From Escherichia phage vB_EcoS_UTEC10, in sequence record PP291582.1: a stretch of DNA of 44,773 nucleotides; one strand, given 5' to 3'. The position numbers and the translations under genes are program-made. The notes beneath the pieces were generated by a model. It had not been told where the DNA came from, searched no databases, and saw nothing but the letters and a program-made list of their open reading frames with translations. Below are positions 16,313-25,750 of this stretch, one piece after another. Within the stretch, counting starts at the first letter, position 1; each line of letters begins with the position of its first letter.

Positions 16313-16992
16313 TTATCTGGTCATTGTTCGACGGTTCGGGCCTCATGGCCCAACCGTGGGCGGAAGCGGGCCATACTTGCTATTGTTTCAACTACGACGG
16401 CGCGGACCACGGAAACTATGCGCGATTGGGCGCAAAAGTTGAACACGAGAACATCCACTATATAAACGCGTGGATTGATAATAAGTTTGACTTCGAGGTT
16501 GCGCCAGATATTATTTTTGCGTTCCCTCCGTGTACAGATTTAGCCGTTAGCGGCGCGGCTCATTTCGAAACGAAGCGGAAGAAGAACCCAACTTTTCAGG
16601 TAGAGGCCGTGGTTACATGCAAAGTGGCTGCGCGTCTGGCTAAAAAGTACAACGTACCTTATATGATTGAGAACCCTGTTAGCGTTCTTTCGTCTTTATG
16701 GCGTAAGCCTGACTACTCGTTCAATCCATACGAATACGGCGGCTATTTACCCGAAGACGACACGCACCCAATGTTCCCTGAATACATAAAACCGCGGGAC
16801 GCGTACCCTAAGAAGACATGTATTTGGGCGGGTAACGGTTTTGTGATGCCCGTTAAATCATGTGTCGCCGTGGTTGGCGGTTACTCTGACCAACACAATA
16901 AATTAGGCGGTAAATCGGTGAGGACAAAAACAATCCGCAGCCTTACCCCGCGGGGTTTCGCAAAAGCAGTTTATGAGGCCAATCATGTCTAA
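16309..16992 (+). CDS. minimal DNA cytosine-C5 methyltransferase-like protein
   Basis: LFDGSG (motif I-like), FPPCTDLAVSG (PC catalytic motif IV-like), MIENP (motif VI-like); only 227 aa, so any target-recognition domain would be minimal. Confidence 0.45.
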   Translation: MIIWSLFDGSGLMAQPWAEAGHTCYCFNYDGADHGNYARLGAKVEHENIHYINAWIDNKFDFEVAPDIIFAFPPCTDLAVSGAAHFETKRKKNPTFQVEAVVTCKVAARLAKKYNVPYMIENPVSVLSSLWRKPDYSFNPYEYGGYLPEDDTHPMFPEYIKPRDAYPKKTCIWAGNGFVMPVKSCVAVVGGYSDQHNKLGGKSVRTKTIRSLTPRGFAKAVYEANHV

Positions 16993-18409
16993 GTTTAAAA
17001 GGCGCGAGTACCAGAAACTCATGACTTCGTTCATGCTACAACACCCACGTTGCAATATCTGGTGCGGTATGGGCGGCGGCAAGACCTCGTCGACAATGTG
17101 GGTTCTTAACCGACTGTTCCGCAACGGCCAACTTAACGATGACGACCGTGTGTTAATCCTTGCGCCGTTGCGTGTTGCGTCCGGCACATGGCCGGCAGAA
17201 CAAACTAAGTGGGGGTTCCCGTGTCTGCGCGTCGTAGATGCGACCGGTTCGGAGAAGCGCCGCATCGCGGCGCTGGAGTCCGATGCTAACGTGGTGTGCA
17301 CCAACTACGAAGTAATCGAGTGGCTTATTGACTACTACGGCAAAGACGACTGGCCTTTTACGGTTATCGTTGCCGATGAGAGCACGAAGTTGAAATCATT
17401 CCGCAGCCGTTCCGGTGGCAGCAAGAGAGCGAAGGCGCTTAGTAAAGTGGCGTTCGGTAAGGTTAAGCGTTTTATCAACCTTACGGGCACACCATCACCA
17501 AACGGACTCAAAGATTTGTGGGGCCAGAACTGGTTTATCGACGCTGGCGAGCGCCTGGGGTCTTCATACACGGCATTCACCGACCGCTGGTTTAACTCGG
17601 TACAGAAAGGCAAATCGGCTATGGCGCGCGAGTATCACGCCCGCCCGGGCGCGGACAATGAAATTCACCAGAAGATGAAGGACATTAGTCTCACGATTGA
17701 CGCCGCAGAGTGGTTCGGATGCGAAGCGCCGATTATTGTACCGGTTGAAATTGACCTGCCGAAGAAAGCGCGTCAGGCGTACATAGATATGGAGGAGAAG
17801 TTATTCGCGGAACTGGAGAGCGGAGAAGTTGAAGCGGCTAACGCGGCGGCGAAGACGTCTAAGTGTTTGCAGATTGCATCCGGTGCCGTATATGTGTCAG
17901 GCCCAGACGGCGAAGCAACCAAAGACTGGGAGAAAGTGCACGACACGAAACTTGATGCGCTGGAGTCCATTGTGGAGGAGTTGCAAGGCGCGCCGTTGCT
18001 TGTGGCCTATCAGTTCAAGCACGAACTGGAGCGCATCATTAAGCGGTTCCCGCAGGCGCAGGCGTTTGCAAAAGGCGCTAAGGGTAATAAGCAGATGGAA
18101 GCATGGAACCGTGGCGAAATCGAAATCTTATGCGTCCACCCCGCTTCAGCCGGGCATGGTTTGAATTTACAGGACGGCGGGCATCATCTGGCGTTTATTT
18201 CGCAAGGCTGGAACCTTGAGCACTATTTGCAGGTTGTCGAGCGCATAGGCCCAGTACGCCAGAAGCAGGCAGGCCACGAACGCCCGGTGTTCCTGTATCA
18301 CATAGTTGCTAAAGACACTCTTGATGAAGTTGTTGCCGCGCGTACAGACGAGAAAAGGTCTGTACAGGACGAACTGCTTAATTATATGAAGAGAAGGAGT
18401 AAGAAATGA
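16985..18409 (+). CDS. SNF2-family DNA helicase
   Basis: Internal ATG of track ORF 16973..18409; motif I GMGGGKT, motif II VIVADESTKLK, motif III NLTGTPSPNGLKDLW. Confidence 0.75.
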   Translation: MSKFKRREYQKLMTSFMLQHPRCNIWCGMGGGKTSSTMWVLNRLFRNGQLNDDDRVLILAPLRVASGTWPAEQTKWGFPCLRVVDATGSEKRRIAALESDANVVCTNYEVIEWLIDYYGKDDWPFTVIVADESTKLKSFRSRSGGSKRAKALSKVAFGKVKRFINLTGTPSPNGLKDLWGQNWFIDAGERLGSSYTAFTDRWFNSVQKGKSAMAREYHARPGADNEIHQKMKDISLTIDAAEWFGCEAPIIVPVEIDLPKKARQAYIDMEEKLFAELESGEVEAANAAAKTSKCLQIASGAVYVSGPDGEATKDWEKVHDTKLDALESIVEELQGAPLLVAYQFKHELERIIKRFPQAQAFAKGAKGNKQMEAWNRGEIEILCVHPASAGHGLNLQDGGHHLAFISQGWNLEHYLQVVERIGPVRQKQAGHERPVFLYHIVAKDTLDEVVAARTDEKRSVQDELLNYMKRRSKK

Positions 18410-18921
18410 TGGATTGCGAGGAGTTACTACTTAAGGCGCATCTGCTGGCGCGTGGGTTTGACGCCGACCGTCTCCGGGTAGTCTTAGCCCATGGCGTTGC
18501 CACATTCTACTTGTGGGGTTTTGACGGTAGGCTACGCGGATACCAGCATTACAAGCCACATGCTGAAAAGAACTGCAAGAATCCAAAGGATGCGCGGTAT
18601 TTTACCAGAACAACAAGACCGTGTTTATGGGGGCTTGAGTACTTGCCGCGTAGCGGGACCGTATTTGTTACCGAAAGCATATTTAAAGCTGTTGCTTTGA
18701 TGAATTGCGGGTTTAATGCAGTTAGCGCATTGGGGTCGAACATACCAGCTGACTTACGGCAGCAAATGTCACTTTTGCCGTATGAATGGGTGTGCGCCGG
18801 TGACAATGATAGAGCGGGCTTAAAGTTCAGCAAAACATTCACCAGAGGATTTGTATCTAACGACCTCGATGAACTTTGTGAAGAAGAAATAACGTATCTT
18901 GCGAGGAAATTTACCAGATGA
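18406..18921 (+). CDS. Toprim-domain protein
   Basis: VFVTESIFKA ... VCAGDNDRAG gives the conserved Glu and DxD of a Toprim fold; ATGA overlap with the helicase gene. Confidence 0.5.
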   Translation: MMDCEELLLKAHLLARGFDADRLRVVLAHGVATFYLWGFDGRLRGYQHYKPHAEKNCKNPKDARYFTRTTRPCLWGLEYLPRSGTVFVTESIFKAVALMNCGFNAVSALGSNIPADLRQQMSLLPYEWVCAGDNDRAGLKFSKTFTRGFVSNDLDELCEEEITYLARKFTR

Positions 18922-19055
18922 ACATCATAGCCCCGATTCCCGCATTGCAAAAACGTATCAAGGAACTCGAAGAAGAGGTTCTACGACTACGGCAGCAAAG
19001 AGACGCCGCTAATGCGCAACTGGCGTTTGTACTGGAGAAGTTATCAGAAGAGTAG
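18918..19055 (+). CDS. small coiled-coil protein (45 aa)
   Basis: Manually translated (MNIIAPIPALQKRIKELEEEVLRLRQQRDAANAQLAFVLEKLSEE); ATGA overlap with the Toprim gene. Confidence 0.3.
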   Translation: MNIIAPIPALQKRIKELEEEVLRLRQQRDAANAQLAFVLEKLSEE

Positions 19056-19059
19056 AGAA

Positions 19060-19086
19060 AAGGCCCCGTTTGGGGCCTTAGTTTTA
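19060..19086. terminator. bidirectional Rho-independent terminator (AAGGCCCC-GTTT-GGGGCCTT)
   Basis: 8-bp GC stem with T-rich flanks on both strands between the convergent replication and tail operons; overlaps the tailspike stop codon. Confidence 0.65.
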
Positions 19087-20919
19087 AGCTTTTAATCCAT
19101 ATATAATAACTTCAACAGATATAGACGACCATGAAGTGTTGCCTTTTGCAGACGATGCACACAAAGAAAAACTAGCTGCTGTTTTATCCGTAACACTGAA
19201 AACCGGGCAGATGGTTTGCAACTGACTGAATGTGCCTTCGAGCGTAGCTGCAACAGTGTAATTGGTGTTCATATTAAAAGGGAGTGTTACAACTGCCGCA
19301 CCAGCGTCTCCCGAAGTCCTAGATACGGATATAGACCTTCTAATTACAAACTGCCCATTTCGCAACCCAGATAAAGTGAGATCTGTCCATCCGTCAACGA
19401 TATCAGATTCCGTAAATCCAATACCAACTTGGTCGTTGCTAGTAATAAATCGCGTGCCATCATACGTCCTTTTTAAAACTCTTGAATTACTCCCTAAGTA
19501 AAACTCTTTAGACATGGCGCTACGACATGTGACGTTTGTTAAATCAAAATAATTATGGTCAGCAGCATCCAAAATTAATGTATCTACATTTACTGTTCTA
19601 ATATTTTTCAGCACAACTTGTGAATATGATGTATTCGAAGCCATGCTAAGTAATGCAGCTGGCGCGGCGGATAAAGAAGGATCGTTGAACGCGTTATGGT
19701 CTTCTATGCTTAGCGAAACCAAGCCGTCCACGTAGAATACTGAATCTGCACCTGATTGCTCTGAGCCGCACCCTTTCATACTGAACGTAGCTAAATCGGT
19801 TCCTGCAGGGCCGCCTTTAAAGTAATAACCCCAGCGCGTGGTCTTATCACATGCGCAATTTACTATCGACGAATACCCACCGCCTAAATAATACCCTCGC
19901 TCCATCTGGTCCGCATAGCATTCACTGATATTAGTACTCGTCCCAGTCTTCTTGAAAAAACCAGTATCTACAATACTGCGCGCGACACATCGCTCTATCC
20001 GGCATATCCATGATCCAATGTCGTACCATCCAAATGTGAACCCAGTAAAAAAGCAGTCATGGATATAGCTATTCTCGGTTTGCCCAACATAAATAGCATA
20101 TTCAGCACCAACTGGTGATTCGAAACGCAATCCACTAATGCGGCAATACTTACTCTGGTTAGTGTCATTCAGAACTACCATCGCTGCGTTAACGTTAAAA
20201 TCATCGCCAAAGGCATCAGGCGCAGTAATTCCAGTTTTTTCCAGAGAATCCATAATGATTACAGCAGCACCTCCGTGCCCTTCAATCTCATAGTTATAAA
20301 AACCTTGATTGCGATATAGCAATGGCTTGGTGATTCGATAGCGCCGGGATGGAATGACTAGCTTTCTATTGTTAATCTGGCAATAATCCATTGCGGCCTG
20401 TATTGCAACTGAGTCATCTGCAACGCCGTCACCAACAGCGCCAAACATAGCGGGCGTTACCACATCTACCCCTTGCGACACAGTACCACCTTGCGGAAGT
20501 CCGATCATATCGGCACCTTGTGCAGACCCTAACTCCGTACGCAAATCCGGGTCTGTCTGCGGTTTCCAGTTAGCGTTCCCTACCGGGTTAAACGATGCAG
20601 GGACAACAACCGGAAGCGTACCCGCGTATGAGTACCAAGTACGGCTAACCGGGTCGTACACCACTTTGTCGCGGTCGTTAGCCGTGAGAGTGCCGCCGGT
20701 TGAAAAATCCCACGACACGGGAGAAAAGCCAGCGTCACGCAACACGGCCGGGAGGGTCTTCTGTGCCTGACCCGTAACAGCATTGGTCGCGTAATCAATA
20801 TCCGCGCCCCCAGCAACCCCGCCGGATTTACCTGTGATAACCTCGGCTTCGAAAATCTGGTGTTTTTTGGCGATCTGTAAATCCGCCAGGCTTAAAACGT
20901 CACCGCATCCGCTTGACAT
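19084..20919 (-). CDS. tailspike / receptor-binding protein with pectate-lyase-like beta-helix domain
   Basis: 611 aa; VVTPAMFGAVGDGVADDSVAIQAAMDYC is the signature start of pectate-lyase-3-type beta-helix depolymerase domains; last gene of the tail module; AAGAGGA RBS. Confidence 0.7.
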   Translation of the reverse strand: MSSGCGDVLSLADLQIAKKHQIFEAEVITGKSGGVAGGADIDYATNAVTGQAQKTLPAVLRDAGFSPVSWDFSTGGTLTANDRDKVVYDPVSRTWYSYAGTLPVVVPASFNPVGNANWKPQTDPDLRTELGSAQGADMIGLPQGGTVSQGVDVVTPAMFGAVGDGVADDSVAIQAAMDYCQINNRKLVIPSRRYRITKPLLYRNQGFYNYEIEGHGGAAVIIMDSLEKTGITAPDAFGDDFNVNAAMVVLNDTNQSKYCRISGLRFESPVGAEYAIYVGQTENSYIHDCFFTGFTFGWYDIGSWICRIERCVARSIVDTGFFKKTGTSTNISECYADQMERGYYLGGGYSSIVNCACDKTTRWGYYFKGGPAGTDLATFSMKGCGSEQSGADSVFYVDGLVSLSIEDHNAFNDPSLSAAPAALLSMASNTSYSQVVLKNIRTVNVDTLILDAADHNYFDLTNVTCRSAMSKEFYLGSNSRVLKRTYDGTRFITSNDQVGIGFTESDIVDGWTDLTLSGLRNGQFVIRRSISVSRTSGDAGAAVVTLPFNMNTNYTVAATLEGTFSQLQTICPVFSVTDKTAASFSLCASSAKGNTSWSSISVEVIIYGLKA

Positions 20920-20931
20920 ATAGAGTCCTCT

Positions 20932-23490
20932 TTAATTAAAACCATTGCTGAATCCGTCGGAGAAACCGCTGCCGTATGGCGCGACGCCGTCGTATTTATA
21001 GAATCCGTCGTCATAGTTGTAGCCCGTAATCTTGACCGTGCGGTCGTCGCCCGGGTCGATTGAAGAAACAACTATCTTCTGAGCATTATGCCTTGCTTCG
21101 TTGCCGAATGAAAACTCAGTTTTTAGTGCGCTATTCCCCGTGTAGATCGCCTCCTCCGGCGCGGAGAGCATAATCACTTCGCGGTCGTGGCTTCCTTTGA
21201 TAACAGAAATACTCTGCACGGAGCCATCGCGCTTCTTGAGGATGATGGAGTGGTCGTCACCGGGAGTAAACGTAATAGGCTGAGACAGCGTCAACGTAAG
21301 CCCATTAACGGCAACAACATAGCCGTCCTGTGGCGCGATACGTGAACCTTTAACCACGCTGATTACACCGCCGGGTGTGGCGAGCGCGCCTTCTTCAGTG
21401 GCTTCGAACTCTACGACAACTTTACTTAACGCGTTGCGCTGGTATCGACGCCACGCCAGCCAATATGCCTGTTGGTAGTTGCGTACACCCTTCGATTCGT
21501 ATTCCTCGGTGTTTGCGCCGAGTTCTTCCGGGATATAAATCGTTTCCTGTACGTTTGTATCCGGGTCAATGTACGAGAACGAAAGGCTATCGTATGTCGT
21601 GGAATCATTGAACGTGCGCGTCCATTTCTCCGTACCGGTCGTTTTACTGCGGTGGGTGAACACCATTTCAGGCCCCGCAACCGGACGGTCGAATCGCAGC
21701 ATAATATCCGCGCCTTTACGGTACGCGGTGCAGAACACGGCTTCCGCTATGGTCTGGACGATGTCCTGCATCGTGGTGTCGTAGTCGTCGAATGTGTAGC
21801 AGAATTGCCCGGCCAATTCGCTACCAAAATAGGACTCAATTTCTTCCTGCACAGCAAGTAACTTGTCCATGTTTGCCGTCGTCAGTTCCAGATTGCCCAC
21901 TGCAGGGTCGCGCGCCAGTCGAATTAGTGACTGCACAGCCTGGGTATTTGGCGACATTACTGTATCGAACACCCCATTGCCTAAGTATTTGTAGCACATC
22001 TCGGTCGCAATCATGCGCAGTTCCGGGTTGTCTATGCTGGCGGCACGTGGCGTCTGTTTACGGGCGCAATGTACGGTAGTTCTGTTGCCGTAGTGTGGGG
22101 TGGTGTCGAGTGATTGCCCATAAAGGTTGATGAAGGTTATCTCGTCGCTTACCGTTCCGTCGTAGTCCTTATCAAAATTCGTTATACGGCGCATACGGGC
22201 GCGGAAACGCGATGCGGTAGGCAACTGCCCATAAATGGTCGTACCGACGTAATCCGTGCTATTACCGGTAATCGTAGCCTGTACCGTGTAGATATCGCTC
22301 AACGGGTTGCGTTGAGAATCAATCATCTGGTACTGGAGTTCTACGGTTACGCTGGTGCGGTTATAGCCGCCGTCGTATTTGTAGAGACCGTTTTGCCCTG
22401 CAACGTTAACGAGCACCCGGTCAACTTCTCCCCGCACCATGTAGTACCAGTCTGAAAGCGAGGGTTCATAAGTGTCTTTAGGCCCGATAAACGTGATTGA
22501 TTGCTCGGTCAGGTTGTAGGTGGTGCTTCCGAGGTTAGGCCATTGGTTAGTACCGCCTGTAGCTATTCTCACCTCAAAATCGTCCACGTAAAGAACTTCA
22601 AACTCCCCGTCTAAAACGGCAACGTCCTTAACCCAAAATTCAGTTAAGACCGCGATGTCTCCGACGTTAAGAAACTCGGTGAAGGCGGAATCCCCAGAGC
22701 TATCATATATGTAGCCTATTTTAGTTGACGAGTCATAACGAACTTTCCCGTCGGCGCTCGGGTTAGCCCCAATGTCGTTTGGAGCTTTCAGTACAATACC
22801 GTCAACGTCGTCGTTGGAGTATGTCACATAGAGTTTCTGGTCAATGACGTCGCCGATTTGTAGTTGCGGAGATGTGGTGTTGTTCGGCGACGTATACGGC
22901 GCATACACGGCAACAGAGGAACCTGTGATGTCGCTTATCAGGGTGTCACCTTCCGTGACGCCATCAGCCTCAATATACAGATGCCCGCGCCCTGCGTCGT
23001 AGTATGAATACTCCAGCAAAGCACCGGTGGAGTTGAACGCCTTATACGTCTGCATCAGGTCGTTAGGGATTGTCTGTACAGTCCCGCAGATGTCATAAGA
23101 GCGCTCGTAAGGGCGTGGTTTGTTGGAGCGGTCTGTGAGGCTGTTATTTGGTGATGTTGTCTGGTTGTTAGTCGCCGTGTAGTTGGCGTTGGTGGCTGTG
23201 TTAAGGCCGAACAACTTGGCAATTGGCTTAAGGATAAAACCAAATACCTTACTAACGGCACCAAGCGCCCCGCTACCCGCTCCCTCAATAATGTGGTACA
23301 CGGCGTCCTCGTCTTTAAGCGCATCGAAGTCGTCCGTTACGTCTGTATCATCACCAATTTCGCCGAGGTAGACGCGCACAGGCACGCCGTCAGGAATACG
23401 GTTAACGACAAACTCCATCGGCGTCCCGACGTGTTTTGTACGGTCGAAAGCGCCATCAGCGTTTCGCGTGTAGTGCAGGATTATCGCCAA
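20932..23490 (-). CDS. central tail fibre / tail tip protein (lambda J-like, short form)
   Basis: 852 aa; SRFRARMRRITNFDKD resembles the conserved NIRMRRMT region of J-type tail tip proteins; follows the K-like gene. Confidence 0.65.
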   Translation of the reverse strand: MAIILHYTRNADGAFDRTKHVGTPMEFVVNRIPDGVPVRVYLGEIGDDTDVTDDFDALKDEDAVYHIIEGAGSGALGAVSKVFGFILKPIAKLFGLNTATNANYTATNNQTTSPNNSLTDRSNKPRPYERSYDICGTVQTIPNDLMQTYKAFNSTGALLEYSYYDAGRGHLYIEADGVTEGDTLISDITGSSVAVYAPYTSPNNTTSPQLQIGDVIDQKLYVTYSNDDVDGIVLKAPNDIGANPSADGKVRYDSSTKIGYIYDSSGDSAFTEFLNVGDIAVLTEFWVKDVAVLDGEFEVLYVDDFEVRIATGGTNQWPNLGSTTYNLTEQSITFIGPKDTYEPSLSDWYYMVRGEVDRVLVNVAGQNGLYKYDGGYNRTSVTVELQYQMIDSQRNPLSDIYTVQATITGNSTDYVGTTIYGQLPTASRFRARMRRITNFDKDYDGTVSDEITFINLYGQSLDTTPHYGNRTTVHCARKQTPRAASIDNPELRMIATEMCYKYLGNGVFDTVMSPNTQAVQSLIRLARDPAVGNLELTTANMDKLLAVQEEIESYFGSELAGQFCYTFDDYDTTMQDIVQTIAEAVFCTAYRKGADIMLRFDRPVAGPEMVFTHRSKTTGTEKWTRTFNDSTTYDSLSFSYIDPDTNVQETIYIPEELGANTEEYESKGVRNYQQAYWLAWRRYQRNALSKVVVEFEATEEGALATPGGVISVVKGSRIAPQDGYVVAVNGLTLTLSQPITFTPGDDHSIILKKRDGSVQSISVIKGSHDREVIMLSAPEEAIYTGNSALKTEFSFGNEARHNAQKIVVSSIDPGDDRTVKITGYNYDDGFYKYDGVAPYGSGFSDGFSNGFN

Positions 23491-23846
23491 AATTCAATCT
23501 CCGTGTACGTGTCTCTGAGGTCCGCCAGCCTGTCAAGCCGCACCTGACGTGAAGCAAGCTCGCAATGACTCACCATCCCGTCGAAGTAAACCCCCGCATG
23601 CCACACGATACGACCGCCGCGTCGATACCCCATAAGCACCGCGCAGAAGTTTTCAGGCTTATCAATCTTCGTAAGCCCCTTCGTGTCACGGTGGCCTTCG
23701 TCAAACGCTTCGTTAATTGCCGTTGGGCTTGTAACGTCGAACGCCGGTGTTTCTAACCCGGCATCCGCGCGGACAATGCGCACGTGATGCCAGCAATTGC
23801 GTTTGCGAAAGTCGTAAGGTATGCCCGTGTAGTCGTTAATATTCAT
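23481..23846 (-). CDS. tail assembly protein (lambda K-like, NlpC/P60-type Cys-His motif)
   Basis: 121 aa; NCWHHV ... HAGVY pattern; position between the minor tail gene and the J-like gene. Confidence 0.45.
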   Translation of the reverse strand: MNINDYTGIPYDFRKRNCWHHVRIVRADAGLETPAFDVTSPTAINEAFDEGHRDTKGLTKIDKPENFCAVLMGYRRGGRIVWHAGVYFDGMVSHCELASRQVRLDRLADLRDTYTEIEFWR

Positions 23847-24358
23847 GTGGTCAACAGGCCGCGTAATAACGGTATCTCTTTAGGTGTCATCAGTATACCA
23901 GTGCTTCGTTGGTTCAGCATAGGTGTACCGACATCCGCAGAGAACTCACCCTTCTCTTGGTTTATAGCCTGCAACTCATACACGACAGGGCCGTCAGCTG
24001 GATAAGACAGGTCTGTGCTGACGTAACGGCGAAAAATAAACTTCGGCAACTCGGTGTTACTCATCGGGATTTTATCCATCTCATCATCCAGTTGATTGAG
24101 AATATCCGGTAAAGTAAACGTCGTCGTCTGGTCCATATCACTGTTGTTAGCGGCCCCCGACGCTTCCATCGGTGTTGGCTCGAACGTGATAGTTTCGCCG
24201 GTCTCCAGTGTTGCCGTGAGTTCCTGCAGCCCGCGCACAAGATAATACGTCTTCGACAGCAACGGGTGGCTTATTTGCAACGTGACGTAGTCCATCTCGC
24301 CGTCGGGGTTTGAGGCCAGCTTACGGCGATAGGCTGCTTCTACTGATTCCTGACTCAT
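23843..24358 (-). CDS. minor tail protein
   Basis: 171 aa; assigned by synteny in the tape-measure to J block. Confidence 0.45.
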   Translation of the reverse strand: MSQESVEAAYRRKLASNPDGEMDYVTLQISHPLLSKTYYLVRGLQELTATLETGETITFEPTPMEASGAANNSDMDQTTTFTLPDILNQLDDEMDKIPMSNTELPKFIFRRYVSTDLSYPADGPVVYELQAINQEKGEFSADVGTPMLNQRSTGILMTPKEIPLLRGLLTT

Positions 24359-24361
24359 AAG

Positions 24362-25750
24362 TTAACCGTCCACATTAAAATCAATACGGGTGATATATTT
24401 ACTACCCCACGCAGAATCAGCCTGCGGGATGATGGCGTAATCGTCAACAGCCGTAACGTTTACCACAGAGCCGTCGGAATAGGTAATGTCGATGCTTGTC
24501 GCGCCGTTCATTACTACTTTTGCTGATGCCGTTGTTCTATCTCCTGCAATAGCTGATGTCTGTATGTAACTGGTAGTATTTGCCGATTTCTCTAACTGCG
24601 CGCCCCATACATAAATGCCATTTCCCCCCGTACCCGCGAATATTGAGGATGTGCCGGATGCGAGCTGCACCCGGATAACAGAGTTTCTAGTTGCGCCCGC
24701 CTGGAAGACCATTGTTACCCGATATGTGTCCTCGGAAACCATAACGGCATTTTTTGATACAAAATTAACTCCTGAGTTCGCGACAAATGCGCCAGTAGCA
24801 GGGTTGAATGTTGCGGTCGCTATGGTGCCCGTTGCCACCCTCAGATAAAGGTTTAGTGGGTTGCTAGTGGCTTTTACAAATATTGAATATGAATACAGCT
24901 CATCTTGCTGCACTCCTATCGTCCTGTCGTTGGCGTAATGCTCAGAATTTGAAGTTGTCGCAGTGATTTCTGCCATAGTTATATCACCACGGGGCGATAC
25001 TTCAGCATTATTCCGCACAAATGTTTGGGGTCCAGTTCCCCATGTTTCCGAATTTATGTACAAATTGCGCGAGGCATCTTCTGGCGGCACCCGCCCAACA
25101 GCTTTACCATCAATAAACGTAAGGGGCCATTCATTGGTGGCGGACGGCACAAGATTGCCGTTGCGGTTGATGTAGTAAACCTGTGGCCCGTCATACACAA
25201 TGCGGCTATCCAGGGCGGACGCCAGAAGGTTAATCGGCGGGTATCCTGCAGGCCCTTCATTGCTCCAGATGCGCGGGAACGTCGTCTCATAGTTAGCGTA
25301 TATTTTCAGGAAACTACCCAGGCAGTCACCATAGCAGCCGTACAAATCTGGCAGATTGTTAATCAGGCACTGGTTCTCAAGGTCCTGGAACGGTGATTTC
25401 TCGGCGGTTGCCGTGAAAGTAATCGTCCAGTTAATGCCGTCTTCGGTGGATTCCGCGATGGTTGACGTGATGGTTACCTGATAATCCTCAATACCCATGC
25501 CGAAGTCGTGCGCCATCCAGAAACTTGACGCACCGCCGTCTACTTTTTCGAGGAACGACAGAAACGCCTGCCGCCCCAGCGCCGATGTAATCAGGGTTAC
25601 GCTTATCGGGAACACGTCGTAATATGTGTCGCGCCCCTGACGCACCCCGCCGCCCGCTAAATCGACACTCCAGACGTTGTTACGTCGGGTCATTGAGTAG
25701 CCTTTCGATACCACCGGCTTAAGGCTACGTGGGAAATATAAGTCGCTCAT
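24362..25750 (-). CDS. distal tail / minor tail protein with C-terminal beta-sandwich-like domain
   Basis: 462 aa immediately downstream of the tape measure gene; C-terminal GIYVWGAQLE-type motif. Confidence 0.5.
   Translation of the reverse strand: MSDLYFPRSLKPVVSKGYSMTRRNNVWSVDLAGGGVRQGRDTYYDVFPISVTLITSALGRQAFLSFLEKVDGGASSFWMAHDFGMGIEDYQVTITSTIAESTEDGINWTITFTATAEKSPFQDLENQCLINNLPDLYGCYGDCLGSFLKIYANYETTFPRIWSNEGPAGYPPINLLASALDSRIVYDGPQVYYINRNGNLVPSATNEWPLTFIDGKAVGRVPPEDASRNLYINSETWGTGPQTFVRNNAEVSPRGDITMAEITATTSNSEHYANDRTIGVQQDELYSYSIFVKATSNPLNLYLRVATGTIATATFNPATGAFVANSGVNFVSKNAVMVSEDTYRVTMVFQAGATRNSVIRVQLASGTSSIFAGTGGNGIYVWGAQLEKSANTTSYIQTSAIAGDRTTASAKVVMNGATSIDITYSDGSVVNVTAVDDYAIIPQADSAWGSKYITRIDFNVDG

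Noticed and set aside
21375-22455. Several 70-130-aa ORFs on the plus strand
   Set aside because: Embedded antisense within the 852-aa J-like gene; Arg/Cys-rich composition typical of GC-rich reverse frames.
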